Source: Candidatus Doudnabacteria bacterium RIFCSPHIGHO2_01_FULL_46_14 (GTDB lineage Bacteria; Patescibacteriota; Doudnabacteria; UBA920; 2-01-FULL-46-14). From it: a stretch of 64,000 bases of DNA. Numbering within the stretch: position 1 is the first letter of the stretch; each line of letters begins with the position of its first letter. The stretch is taken from positions 142,504 to 206,503 of the forward strand of contig MFEK01000016.1 in NCBI GenBank assembly GCA_001779925.1, in the 5' to 3' direction. This document shows positions 48,016-57,687 of this stretch, piece after piece. The translations under genes were made by a program, and so were the position numbers. The notes below the pieces were generated by a model, which was given only the letters and a program-made list of their open reading frames with translations, did not search any database and was not told where the DNA came from.

Positions 48016-48986
48016 TTGGTTATTTTAACATAATTTCCATGCTTTCGCCTGGCAATGAATTGCTGTAAATTTTTCGCAAATTCTTCGTCAATTTCCGAGA
48101 GTTTGTTTAGTTGTCCGGCAATCAAAACAGGCGGATCCACGTAGCGGACCTTGGCATTGAGGTGCAGGTCGTGCGGACTGCCTGGTTCGACCTCTGTTAA
48201 ATGAAGTTTTGTTAAGTCCGCTACTTCCTGCCTCGTTTCCTTGCTCAATTTATCCATAAGCTCTTTATCAGTTGTAAAAAAATCATCAAACGTAATCTCG
48301 CCTCGGTCGTGAGCTTTTTTTAGGATCTGGGAAAAGAGATGATAAATTGTATTTCCAATATAACTGCCGCCCCATCGCTCTTTGTCCCCTCTGATAAACA
48401 GATCAGCGAACTGCCTCGCGAAAGTTTTAGTCTGAAAAACGATTTGCCCCTGGAACACGGTCAGGTCGGCAAGCATTTCCTTGAGCAGAGAGAGCGGCAC
48501 ATCAAAACTTGTCAGAAATGTCTTTAAAGCATAATCGACGCGATCCGCGCATAAAGCAGGGAGAGGCTGTTCCAGAATGGAAAAATTATGATGATCTAAA
48601 ACATGGTCAGTCTCAAAACCGTAGCGCCTCAGAATTTCCGGGATATTTGATTTGTTCACGATTCGCAAGAGATGCTTTTCGTGAAAATCCTGAGTCTCGG
48701 CCGCGCCAAAAGCAAAATCCATGGCGTGTGAGAATGCGGTATGAGAAATATCATGCACCAACCCGGCAATTTGTTCCTCGATTGAGCCGCCAAGCCTTTT
48801 GATAAGGCTCATCACTCCGACGCAGTGGTTAAACCTTGAAAATCTACCCCAGGAAATCTCCACTATCCCCGCTACCGCGTTTTGATCCACGCCTTTGAGC
48901 CTCTGCATGGCCGAGGTTTCAATAAGCTCCAGAATCACCGGCTCAGTAATTTCAATCCCGCCGTAAATTGTGTCATGTATTATCAT
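48012..48986 (-). CDS. HD-domain phosphohydrolase
   Basis: 'SRFNHCVGV', 'LVHDISHTAFSH', 'ADRVDY'. Confidence 0.9.
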   Translation of the reverse strand: MIIHDTIYGGIEITEPVILELIETSAMQRLKGVDQNAVAGIVEISWGRFSRFNHCVGVMSLIKRLGGSIEEQIAGLVHDISHTAFSHAMDFAFGAAETQDFHEKHLLRIVNKSNIPEILRRYGFETDHVLDHHNFSILEQPLPALCADRVDYALKTFLTSFDVPLSLLKEMLADLTVFQGQIVFQTKTFARQFADLFIRGDKERWGGSYIGNTIYHLFSQILKKAHDRGEITFDDFFTTDKELMDKLSKETRQEVADLTKLHLTEVEPGSPHDLHLNAKVRYVDPPVLIAGQLNKLSEIDEEFAKNLQQFIARRKHGNYVKITK

Positions 48987-49861
48987 GCTGTTTGCGATAA
49001 GGCAATGAACAGAACCCCTGCGAACATAATTATCGCTCCGGCGATCCGGGTCCTAAAGGATTGATCCTTGAAGATCGCGTAACCCATCAGTACTGCAAGT
49101 ACTATGCTAAATCTTTTTATGGAAATAACATAAATAACCAAAGTTAGGCTAATGGCTGTAGTTTGGCAGATAAACACGAGACTATTCACGAATCCGATTA
49201 GGGACATGAACTTTATATTCTGTAGGATTTGTGAACCAGCCTTTTTAACTGTAGCGAGGCAGATAATAAGCAAAGCTATCGCCATAAAACTCGATCCAGC
49301 AACCGACCAAAATAGAGGCGAGGACTGACTAATGCCGATTTTTTCTAGATTTGAAGTAATGCTCCAGATTGCAGCAGTTCCTAGAACAAACCGAGGCCCT
49401 TTTTCTCGCAATATTGTTTTAAATGGGCCCAATATTCCACCATGTTCGCCTCCGAGATTTAGGACATATGATCCAATAGTGATGAGGAGCACACCGGCAA
49501 GCCCCAATGCAGGCGGGAACTCACCAATAATAAGAGGCGAAGTGATGAGCAAAAACGCTGGAGTAAAAGCCAAGAAAGGTATGACCTTTGACAGCTCCCC
49601 TGCATTGATTCCTTTGACAAGCAAGACTGTCGCGATTAGGTTGAGAGACCAGGTGCCAAATAAATATTTCCAAAAATCTGGACCAAGCTCTGGAAGATGT
49701 CCGCTCAGGACGAGGTATAGGATGAGAAATGGCATAGCGAATAGGTAGAATGAAAGACTGACAACCAGCTCATCAATTCTGCGGTTTAGTCCATATTTGC
49801 TTAGGACGTTTTTTGTTCCTTCTGCGAGTGCGGCTCCAAAAGCTATAAGAATTCCGAGCAT
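48983..49861 (-). CDS. EamA/DMT family transporter
   Basis: About 10 TM segments, two-domain repeat. Confidence 0.88.
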   Translation of the reverse strand: MLGILIAFGAALAEGTKNVLSKYGLNRRIDELVVSLSFYLFAMPFLILYLVLSGHLPELGPDFWKYLFGTWSLNLIATVLLVKGINAGELSKVIPFLAFTPAFLLITSPLIIGEFPPALGLAGVLLITIGSYVLNLGGEHGGILGPFKTILREKGPRFVLGTAAIWSITSNLEKIGISQSSPLFWSVAGSSFMAIALLIICLATVKKAGSQILQNIKFMSLIGFVNSLVFICQTTAISLTLVIYVISIKRFSIVLAVLMGYAIFKDQSFRTRIAGAIIMFAGVLFIALSQTA

Positions 49862-50998
49862 TTATTTCCAACTCCTTAATTCCCAGTTGGGATTGACCTT
49901 GATTTTTTTTATTGGTGTGCCGCGGTTGCCAGCTGAGTATTGGTAAAATGCGGCCATGGTGATCATGCCAGCGTTGTCAGTAGTGAGATTGGAATGTGGA
50001 ATATGGAATGTTGAATGTGGAAGGGATTTTTTGATGGCCGAAGCTAGTTGTTTGCGTAGTTTTTCATTAGCGGAAACGCCGCCGCCGAGAAGAATGGTTT
50101 TTACTTTGTATTGTTTGGCAGATCTGATGGTTTTTGAAACAAGTACGTCAACGATGGCTTGTTCTACGCTGGCAGCCACGTTGGCGACTTGCGATTGGCG
50201 ATTGGCGACCAGCAAGGATTGCCAGTGGTAAAGCACTGCGGTCTTCAGGCCGGAAAAGGAAAAGTCATAATTTTTAGAATCCATCATCGGCCTTGGGAAA
50301 TCAAAAGCCTGGGGTTTGCCTTTCTTCGCGAGTTTTGAAATTTCCGGCCCGCCAGGGTAAGGCAGACCCATGATTTTCGCGACCTTATCAAAGCATTCGC
50401 CTGCCGCGTCATCAACTGTTTCGCCCAATATTTTGTATTTCCCAATTTTTTCGACAAGGACCAACATCGTGTGGCCCCCCGACACTACCAAGCCTAATGC
50501 TGGAAACTTCACCCTCCCCTTACCCCTCCCCTCAAGGGAGGGGAATTCCTCCCCCTTGAGGGGGGAGGATAAAGGTGGAGGTGACTCATTCGCCAAGGCG
50601 GAAAGCAAATGTCCTTCCATATGGTTAATCGGCAGGATGGGGATCTGCAACGCAAACGCCAAAGCTTTGGCAGTATCTACGCCAATCATCAAAGAGGTGA
50701 CAAGGCCCGGCCCAGCAGTAACTGCGATCGCGTTAATATCTTTGAGCTGGACCCCCGCTTTCGCGAGGGCTTGTGCGATTACGGGCAAGATTTTCAAGAT
50801 ATGATTGCGTGCGGCAACCTCCGGGACAATTCCTCCGGTTTTTTGGTGGATATTGATCTGTGAATAGATGATATTCGAAAGAAGCCGGAACTTCCGACTT
50901 TTTGTCTCACCTTCCAGAACAGCCGCGCTCGTCTCGTCAGCGGAGGATTCAATGGCGAGAATGTGTGTCACCCCTGCACCAGATTTAAACCAATTCAT
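49862..50998 (-). CDS. tsaD: tRNA N6-adenosine threonylcarbamoyltransferase TsaD
   Basis: IESSADET, GGIVPEVAAR, NHMEGH, VSGGHT, DDAAGE, FSFSGLKT, TDNAGMI. Confidence 0.97.
   Translation of the reverse strand: MNWFKSGAGVTHILAIESSADETSAAVLEGETKSRKFRLLSNIIYSQINIHQKTGGIVPEVAARNHILKILPVIAQALAKAGVQLKDINAIAVTAGPGLVTSLMIGVDTAKALAFALQIPILPINHMEGHLLSALANESPPPLSSPLKGEEFPSLEGRGKGRVKFPALGLVVSGGHTMLVLVEKIGKYKILGETVDDAAGECFDKVAKIMGLPYPGGPEISKLAKKGKPQAFDFPRPMMDSKNYDFSFSGLKTAVLYHWQSLLVANRQSQVANVAASVEQAIVDVLVSKTIRSAKQYKVKTILLGGGVSANEKLRKQLASAIKKSLPHSTFHIPHSNLTTDNAGMITMAAFYQYSAGNRGTPIKKIKVNPNWELRSWK
50509..50584. repeat. back-to-back inverted pair of BoxC-like repeats in frame in tsaD
   Basis: Encodes SPPPLSSPLKGEEFPSLEGRGKGRV between HLLSA and FPALGL. 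Confidence 0.9.
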
Positions 50999-51038
50999 AG
51001 ATGCTTTCTTTTTCGCGTGTTAAATTGGTGCGGGGGTA

Positions 51039-51293
51039 TCACTGTCGCGCGGAATTTATAGATTTAGAAAGCCCGTCAAGGCTCTGTAGAGCACTATTGA
51101 AAGTTTTATCGAGGCCTGAAGCCTTGAGAAAATAAACTGAGATTCCGAGGATCAAAGCCAATCCCACAGTCGCCCCAAGCCCGCGGCCAAGTCCCCAGAG
51201 AAAGCCTCGCCAAAACATGCGGCCCGGGCGAGTATAGGCTCGGTTTATGGTTTCTACCAGACGATCAATGGTTTTTTGTTCTTCTGGGGTCAT
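51039..51293 (-). CDS. small membrane protein (DUF5665-like)
   Basis: 'FWRGFLWGLGRGLGATVG'. Confidence 0.7.
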   Translation of the reverse strand: MTPEEQKTIDRLVETINRAYTRPGRMFWRGFLWGLGRGLGATVGLALILGISVYFLKASGLDKTFNSALQSLDGLSKSINSARQ

Positions 51294-51388
51294 GGCCTGA
51301 TTATATCATAGGGGTTGACATTCTTAGAAAAATCAGTATAATGACAAGTCACTAATTGATCCCAATTCCAACGATAAGGAGGACAGCA

Positions 51389-51841
51389 ATGTCCAAACAT
51401 CTGTTAGTTTCAGTGTTCATGGTTCTCGTATTCAGTGTAGTCAATGGGCAGTCAGTATCGGAATCACGAAAGATTGCGGATTTCATTCACGACTCTGCCA
51501 ACGCAAAGAAATTTCTGTCCCGAGAAGTCGATCGCAACGCCATCCAAGTTGTGTTTGTTTTCGAAGGCAAACGGTACACAGTGAATGCCGGAAATGGGCA
51601 CAGCGTCCTTTCTTACTGGGTTCGTCCTTCCGGCACAGTTTCGTCAGATCGTGTTTCTCTATCAATTTTTTATGACACGGATGTCGACGGTGTCGTTGAT
51701 TTCGGCACGAAAGGCGTCACTGAAGACCATCTTTTCAACCGGAATTCGAATAGAGGCATAGAACACATCCCATACTGGCAAGAGCAGTATCGATCCGCTG
51801 TCGTTCAGACTCTCCGGTTTATCGCCAGCAAGCAACCATAG
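51389..51841 (+). CDS. secreted hypothetical protein
   Basis: Signal peptide, AAGGAGG SD, promoter TTGACA-16-TATAAT at 51315-51342, 'DTDVDGVVD' Ca-binding-like loop. Confidence 0.7.
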   Translation: MSKHLLVSVFMVLVFSVVNGQSVSESRKIADFIHDSANAKKFLSREVDRNAIQVVFVFEGKRYTVNAGNGHSVLSYWVRPSGTVSSDRVSLSIFYDTDVDGVVDFGTKGVTEDHLFNRNSNRGIEHIPYWQEQYRSAVVQTLRFIASKQP

Positions 51842-51936
51842 ATGTATTCCTACAAGAGGCCGTACTCCCGCAGCCTCTTGTTTGTATTTTAGGATCGTTT
51901 AACCCGGCAGTAGAGGTTCAATTTATTGAACTTTCA

Positions 51937-53694
51937 CTACCCGGCAAAGCCGCCGGCCTGGATGTTCCAAAGGCGCTGGTAAGTGCCGTCTTTGGCTTTG
52001 ACCAGCTCCTTATGTTTACCTTCTTCCAAAATGTGCCCTCCTTCAATCACTACAATGCGATCCATTTGCATGATCGTGGACAAGCGGTGGGCGATAACGA
52101 TCGTGGTATGGCCGCGCATCAGATTTTTTAGGGCATCCTGGATGAGATATTCTGATTCGGAATCAAGGCTGGAGGTCGCTTCGTCCAAAACCAGAATCGG
52201 TGCGTTTTTGAGAATCGCCCGGGCAATCGCCACGCGCTGACGCTCGCCTCCCGAGAGCTTGATACCGCGCTCCCCAGTAAATGTGTTGTAGCCGTGGGTG
52301 AGTTTGCTGATAAATTCATCAGCATGCGCGAGCCTGGCTGCCTCGATGACTTCCTGGTCGCTGGCTTTGGGTTTGGCATAGCGAATGTTATCAAACAGAC
52401 TCCTATGGAAGAGAATCGGATCTTGAGGCACAAAAGCAATATTCTCTCGCAAAGAATCTTGTGTTACGCTCGTGATATCCTGGCTATCAATATTGATTTG
52501 TCCTCCCTGAATGTCATAAAAACGGAGAATCAGTTTTACGATCGTGGATTTGCCGCCGCCCGACGGACCCACCAGAGCCACGCGCTCTCCGGGTTTGATG
52601 CTGAGATTGAAATTACTCAGGATTTCCAAACCCTCATGGTAGCCGAAATTTACATTCTGAAACTCGATCGCGCCTTTTTTCACGCGCAAGACTTTGGCGT
52701 TTTTACTATCTTGAATCTCGTGCTCCGCGATCAGAATTTCCGTCATCTCGTTGGCATCAGCGATCGCCTCGTAGATGAGGCGAATATATTTTCCCGTATC
52801 CCACAGTTGGTCAAATACTCTGAACAGATACGCTTGGATCAGGGCAATATCCCCGACAGTGGCGAGCCCTTTCTGCCAAAGATTGATAACAAAATAAAGC
52901 ATTCCGAATTCCAAAGTGATCATGTATAAGCCCTGGAATAGTTCGGAAAACGTGCCGATATTATAGGACTTTTTTCGCGCGCGGAATTGGTTTTCTATGA
53001 CTTTTTTAAAACGTTTGAATTCAAAAATATAGCCAGAGAATATTTTGATGTTAAAATTATTAGTCATTGTATCCGCCAGCTGACCAGTAGTTTCCGAATC
53101 AGTAGCCGCGCGTCGGGTGTCGTAAGGAAATCTGTAGCGAGCGAATAAATAAACTATGCCCACATAGGTAATTACCCACCCTAGCATCAAAAATCCGAAC
53201 AGCAGTGAGCGCCAGAATAAAATCACCACAATCACAACTACATCGACAGCGCTGCGGCCCATTTGAGTAAAAGCTTGGTCGGAGAGCTGTTCAAAGGCCC
53301 TTTCAAAACGTTTGACCTTGGTTACCAGGCTGCCGATGAAATTTGAGTTAAAAAAACCAATAGAATGTTTTTGCAGATGTTCATAACAGGTTTGCATGAG
53401 GTCTGCCATGACTCGGGCCTGAAAAAAATTGTTTATGAAATTCAGGCCACGCCAGACGATGATGCGAATAATGTTGAGGGTGAACGCGAGGGTTATGAGA
53501 CCGATCGCAGTTTTCACTGCGTTTGGCACAGGCGCGCTCGCCAAAAGATCAATCACCCGGCGGTAAAGAAGCGGGGGAATGTTGCGCATCAGGGTCACCC
53601 CAGCCATGCCAAAGAAAATTACATACGGCATCCAGGTATAGCGCTTGGCGTGCTGCCAGAAGATTTTTATGGTTTGGCGAGTCAAGGACTGCAT
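51937..53694 (-). CDS. ABC exporter (fused TMD plus ATPase, MsbA/MdlB-like)
   Basis: GPSGGGKST, LSGGERQR, LDEATSSLD, IAHRLST. Confidence 0.95.
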   Translation of the reverse strand: MQSLTRQTIKIFWQHAKRYTWMPYVIFFGMAGVTLMRNIPPLLYRRVIDLLASAPVPNAVKTAIGLITLAFTLNIIRIIVWRGLNFINNFFQARVMADLMQTCYEHLQKHSIGFFNSNFIGSLVTKVKRFERAFEQLSDQAFTQMGRSAVDVVVIVVILFWRSLLFGFLMLGWVITYVGIVYLFARYRFPYDTRRAATDSETTGQLADTMTNNFNIKIFSGYIFEFKRFKKVIENQFRARKKSYNIGTFSELFQGLYMITLEFGMLYFVINLWQKGLATVGDIALIQAYLFRVFDQLWDTGKYIRLIYEAIADANEMTEILIAEHEIQDSKNAKVLRVKKGAIEFQNVNFGYHEGLEILSNFNLSIKPGERVALVGPSGGGKSTIVKLILRFYDIQGGQINIDSQDITSVTQDSLRENIAFVPQDPILFHRSLFDNIRYAKPKASDQEVIEAARLAHADEFISKLTHGYNTFTGERGIKLSGGERQRVAIARAILKNAPILVLDEATSSLDSESEYLIQDALKNLMRGHTTIVIAHRLSTIMQMDRIVVIEGGHILEEGKHKELVKAKDGTYQRLWNIQAGGFAG

Positions 53695-53788
53695 TTCTGA
53701 ATTATACACTAAGGTTTAATAAAAAAAGAGAGACCTGACAGGCCTCATTGGTGAGATTTGTGAGGGTAACCTGTCAGGTTTGGCGGGA

Positions 53789-54130
53789 TCACTTTTTGTT
53801 GCCGAAAGAAAAGCGGGATGGCAGGGAAAACAATTTTTGAAGTTTCCCCTTCGAGTTCTGGATGAGGGGTATTTTTGGCTGAACTGTTGGTGTTTGCCGC
53901 GTCCTAGTTTCCTCTGTTTTTACCTGTGTCGGTTGCTTATTTATAGTGGCTATCAAACTGGCTATGCTGTTTTTTGCAGGGATCGTTTCCGCAATCGCGA
54001 AAGACGGCATTTCAGCCTGGGCCTGTGTAGGAACTGCGCGGAGAGCAGGCACGTCGGTTGAGAATGCGCTGGGCGCGAGCGCGAGCACCAGCATCAATAC
54101 GAGCAGTCCGACAGCAAACTTATTACTCAT
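53789..54130 (-). CDS. secreted low-complexity hypothetical protein
   Basis: MSNKF start after AAGGAGGT, signal peptide. Confidence 0.55.
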   Translation of the reverse strand: MSNKFAVGLLVLMLVLALAPSAFSTDVPALRAVPTQAQAEMPSFAIAETIPAKNSIASLIATINKQPTQVKTEETRTRQTPTVQPKIPLIQNSKGKLQKLFSLPSRFSFGNKK

Positions 54131-54280
54131 CGAGGACCTCCTTGTGGCTCTGTTTCTGTGTTTTTTGATTCTCCCATTTAGAGTAGGGAGGTTATTCCAA
54201 GTATAAGATTGAATGCCTACAGCGTCAACAAAAAACGTCCCGATCAAATCGGGACGTTTTTTGTGGCTTGCTTTTGTAAA

Positions 54281-54529
54281 TTACATTCCAGACTGTTGCG
54301 GCATACTGCCATCAGGCTTGCACAGTTTGCAGGTCTTACCGTGGCAGGCGATCTCATAGACCGCTGACAAACCTACGAGTATATAAATAATCTTGGAAAT
54401 GGTTTCGTCCATTCCCCCGAAAATACTGCCGATCTCCCAGCCAGTGATCGCGAAAATACCCCAGTTCAAACCGCCGACAGCCAGCAGTATGAAAGTAATC
54501 ATGTGTATACCCTTATGTTTTCCCATCAT
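54281..54529 (-). CDS. DUF378 membrane protein
   Basis: 'LLAVGGLNWG...IIYILVGLSA'. Confidence 0.9.
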   Translation of the reverse strand: MMGKHKGIHMITFILLAVGGLNWGIFAITGWEIGSIFGGMDETISKIIYILVGLSAVYEIACHGKTCKLCKPDGSMPQQSGM

Positions 54530-54560
54530 TTTATTTCACCGCCTCTCAAAAGATTAATTT

Positions 54561-54935
54561 TTACTGCGTCAGTTCCTGAAGCTGTTTGAGGTCAATATTT
54601 TGGATTTGCTGCAGTTCGGGTGAAGCAGAAAGAATCGCGCTGGTCAGCCACCAGACCGCAGCTATGGCGATTACTGTCAGCGCCAGAGCAGTCCAGGCAA
54701 GTTTTTTGGCCTGGGCATTGTCTTGGATAATAAATTTTACGAAATAGTAGAGGCCGAAAGGTGGGAACAAAAGGCTGACCAGATAGGCGCGTGTTTTTTG
54801 CCCGGCAGGAATATTTTCTTCGCGGTTTTGCGCCAGCACATTGGCGATCAGAGCGGTCGTATCAATATCTTTGTTTTCTTTATGGAGATCGGAAATCCGC
54901 TGGATCTCCGCGGCGAGTTTTTCCTCGTTGTTCAC
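54561..54935 (-). CDS. hypothetical membrane protein
   Basis: 'YLVSLLFPPFGL', two TM segments. Confidence 0.7.
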   Translation of the reverse strand: MNNEEKLAAEIQRISDLHKENKDIDTTALIANVLAQNREENIPAGQKTRAYLVSLLFPPFGLYYFVKFIIQDNAQAKKLAWTALALTVIAIAAVWWLTSAILSASPELQQIQNIDLKQLQELTQ

Positions 54936-55017
54936 CCTGTTAGAAATCCTTGAGGTTAATGGCTAATATTTGTGTCATTTTGATGCGTGTGCCTGTTAAG
55001 ATTTTTAATGAGGGGGT
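54931..55017. mobile_element. MITE-like element
   Basis: TTCACCCTGTTAGAAATC ... GATTTTTAATGAGG terminal inverted repeats; related to 62441-62526. Confidence 0.6.
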
Positions 55018-55022
55018 CATGA

Positions 55023-56171
55023 TTACGTTATGCTTTGCTCTTCGGTTTGCAGATGCTCCCTTGCGAGCCGCAGTACCGCGCCGAATGAGATGAGCCACAA
55101 AATGGCGCATACCAGGAATCCAATGAACGGAATGATTTTTAGTATCAGGAGGACGACCGCGCCGGTGACTAAAACTGTCCATTTCAGGCCATTATATTTG
55201 TTCAGTTTCTTGAGGATCGCCGCGCCAAAGAATACAATCGCAATAATGTTCAGATACAGATAGAGAATAGCCAGCCACGCTAGTATCATCAGCCCGGCAT
55301 AAAATCCAATTACTGTTAACAGAAGCAGGACTGCCACTACAGGAATCACAATTGCCGCTACCAGACCGGTGCCGAGATTGGCCCATGGTTTGTCGAAAGT
55401 TTTTTCAACGACGCGGTTCATTTTTTTCGGGAAGAATCTGAGAAGCAAAAGTCCGGCGATTACTAAACCGATAGACCAGATGAGCTTGCCTGCAAAGCCA
55501 AATCCTTTATAAAGTGTTTTGGCGCCTTTGCGGTCGATTTTTTGAAAATCAATAGCAGAAATCTGAGCACCTGCCTGCACTACGGCCTCTCTTTTTCCTT
55601 TGTAGGTGATTTCCCCTGCTACCATACTGTCCGGTCCAAATGTGAGCTTGTCACTCATGACCCAAACCTCGCGCCCAACTTTACTATTGAGGTTTACTGT
55701 TCCTCCGCCGATGCGCACTGACCCAGCTATGGGCGCTTCGATTACAATATTCCCGCTGCCCACAACCAGGTCGCCGGAAATTTCCGCGGTTTTGGCAATC
55801 GTCACGTTCCCGCCGCCAACGAGCACGTCGCCGCGGACCGGACCAGTAATCGTTACATTCCCACCGCCCAGTCTGGCGTCGCCTCCGACTGTTCCGTTAA
55901 TCACCAGCGTGCCGCCGCCAGCCATGAGGTCATCTTCAACATTGCCCTGCACTACTACATTCCCGCCGCCAGCCATGAGGTCTCCTGCGATATTGCCTGT
56001 AACAGTGATATTTCCGCCAGCAGCGTAGACATTTCGGTGCCCGTCCCCGGAAATGATGGTATTGCCGCTGTCATTGGGTTTAATAAATTCCGCAGCCGCT
56101 GCAGTCTGAGCCGCAAACAGCAAGGTTAGCACCGGGGCTACAAAAATGATTTTTTTAAATTTCGTTCGCAT
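55023..56171 (-). CDS. bactofilin-like (polymer-forming beta-helix) membrane protein
   Basis: Signal peptide, repeated 'GD(L/V)xxGGGxVxIxG' units, C-terminal TM bundle. Confidence 0.8.
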   Translation of the reverse strand: MRTKFKKIIFVAPVLTLLFAAQTAAAAEFIKPNDSGNTIISGDGHRNVYAAGGNITVTGNIAGDLMAGGGNVVVQGNVEDDLMAGGGTLVINGTVGGDARLGGGNVTITGPVRGDVLVGGGNVTIAKTAEISGDLVVGSGNIVIEAPIAGSVRIGGGTVNLNSKVGREVWVMSDKLTFGPDSMVAGEITYKGKREAVVQAGAQISAIDFQKIDRKGAKTLYKGFGFAGKLIWSIGLVIAGLLLLRFFPKKMNRVVEKTFDKPWANLGTGLVAAIVIPVVAVLLLLTVIGFYAGLMILAWLAILYLYLNIIAIVFFGAAILKKLNKYNGLKWTVLVTGAVVLLILKIIPFIGFLVCAILWLISFGAVLRLAREHLQTEEQSIT

Positions 56172-56236
56172 AATGTTTATAATTAATAATCCAAGTTGTT
56201 ACTATATTCATTATACTCTTTCTCTTGACCGCAAAC

Positions 56237-56264
56237 AAAAAACCCGCCGATTCGGCGGGTTTTT
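56237..56264 (-). terminator. terminator downstream of the cold-shock gene
   Basis: AAAAAACCCGCCGA-T-TCGGCGGGTTTTTT. Confidence 0.8.
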
Positions 56265-56276
56265 TGTAAAAGACCA

Positions 56277-56474
56277 TTAGACGCGCTTTACGTTGGTCGC
56301 GTTCTTGCCTTTTGGGGAATCTTCAACGTCAAAGCTGACGTTGTCGCCCTCTTGCAGTTCGTCAAAAGTGACGCCTACGAGAGAGTTACTGTGGAAGAAC
56401 AAATCTTTGTCCTGTCCTTCAACAGTGATGAACCCAAAACCTTTGTCAGTCTTTTTCTTTATGACACCATTCAT
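56277..56474 (-). CDS. cold-shock protein
   Basis: KGFGFI (RNP1), LFFH (RNP2), 'KGKNATNV'. Confidence 0.95.
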   Translation of the reverse strand: MNGVIKKKTDKGFGFITVEGQDKDLFFHSNSLVGVTFDELQEGDNVSFDVEDSPKGKNATNVKRV

Positions 56475-56615
56475 GGTTTATATGAGTTTAATGAATTAAG
56501 CGCAAAATTGAATTACTTTTGTGAAGCTCGACGATTTTTCTAAAGATAAATATTTTTGCCAAACTAGTATAGCATGTATTCGTAATAATGTCCAGAGGCG
56601 ACTATAATAGATAAT

Positions 56616-57596
56616 ATGGACATTATCTATAGTACGAGTTTGATTTTATTGAGCATTCTGCTCATCGGCAAGGGCTCTGACTGGCTGACAGATTCGCTCA
56701 TCCCGGTGGCTAAACGCCTGGGTGTTTCCGGAGTGTCAGTCGGGCTGATTCTTGTATCCATAGCAGTCAGTTTGCCGGAAATTTTAGTTGCGGTTTATAC
56801 AACCTTGAAGGGTTTTTCTGATGTCACGCTTGGAGTGATACTTGGCTCGATATTTGTGAATATCGGACTGATGACCGGATTGTCAGCTATGGTCCGTCCG
56901 CTTAAAGTCACAAAAAATCTGATACTGCGGGATGGGGTTTTTTCTTTGGTGGTGCCGATCCTGGTTTTGGCCGTAGGACTGCAAGGAGAGATTACCCGCG
57001 CGGAAGGGTTTGCGTTTGTGCTGTTGTTTATTCCTTATTCGATAAATGTTTTTCTGCAGGAACGGCAAAAGACCAGTGAGCAGCGCAGCCAGGACGTCAA
57101 AGAGGTTGAGATCTCCCTGGATTTACTCGGTTTTGACATAGGAAAAATAAAATCCGGCTGGCTGTCGTTCATTTTGGGGGTCGGCGTGTTGCTCGCAGGA
57201 GCGCAGTTGTTCGGCAGTCAGCTCATCAGCATTGTGGAGGAGTTCCATGTCAATCAGCTGATAATCGGTTTTACGCTGGGCGCGTTCGGTCCGTCCATAC
57301 CAAATATTATGGCGGCTTACAAAGCCGCAAAAAAAGATATGGGAGAGATTGCCGTTTCGGAAACATTGGGGTCAAATATCTTTACGCTTCTCGTAACCCT
57401 GGGAATCACTGCTATGCTGTCGCCAATCAGTTTGGCGCCGCAATGGATAAAATTTGATCTCCCCGCTTTGCTGGTCCTCAGCGCCATGCTGTTTTTTTTC
57501 ACCATTACCAAGCGGGCGATTTCCCGTTTCGAAGGCGCTGTCCTCCTCTTTTCGTATCTTATAATCGTAACGGTTCAGATTGTATTGGCAGGCTGA
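56616..57596 (+). CDS. Ca2+/Na+ antiporter (YrbG family)
   Basis: 'SLPE...GS.FVN' and 'PSIPN...GSNIF' alpha repeats. Confidence 0.88.
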   Translation: MDIIYSTSLILLSILLIGKGSDWLTDSLIPVAKRLGVSGVSVGLILVSIAVSLPEILVAVYTTLKGFSDVTLGVILGSIFVNIGLMTGLSAMVRPLKVTKNLILRDGVFSLVVPILVLAVGLQGEITRAEGFAFVLLFIPYSINVFLQERQKTSEQRSQDVKEVEISLDLLGFDIGKIKSGWLSFILGVGVLLAGAQLFGSQLISIVEEFHVNQLIIGFTLGAFGPSIPNIMAAYKAAKKDMGEIAVSETLGSNIFTLLVTLGITAMLSPISLAPQWIKFDLPALLVLSAMLFFFTITKRAISRFEGAVLLFSYLIIVTVQIVLAG

Positions 57597-57687
57597 GCCT
57601 GTTAATCTCCTCAGAAAACTAAAAAACGCCCTATCAACATTGGCGATTTTTAGTTTAAGTTCGATTGGCCCGCCAGAGGCGGGTAAA

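Noticed and set aside
18461-50998. Inteins or introns as the explanation for inserts in PolA, MurE, TsaD and ValS
   Set aside because: The inserts are only ~10-27 aa, lack C/S...HN splice motifs and match the dispersed DNA repeat.
55750-56030. Periodic CCCGCCGCC repeats as a DNA repeat array
   Set aside because: Explained by the Gly-rich beta-helix repeats of the bactofilin-like protein.
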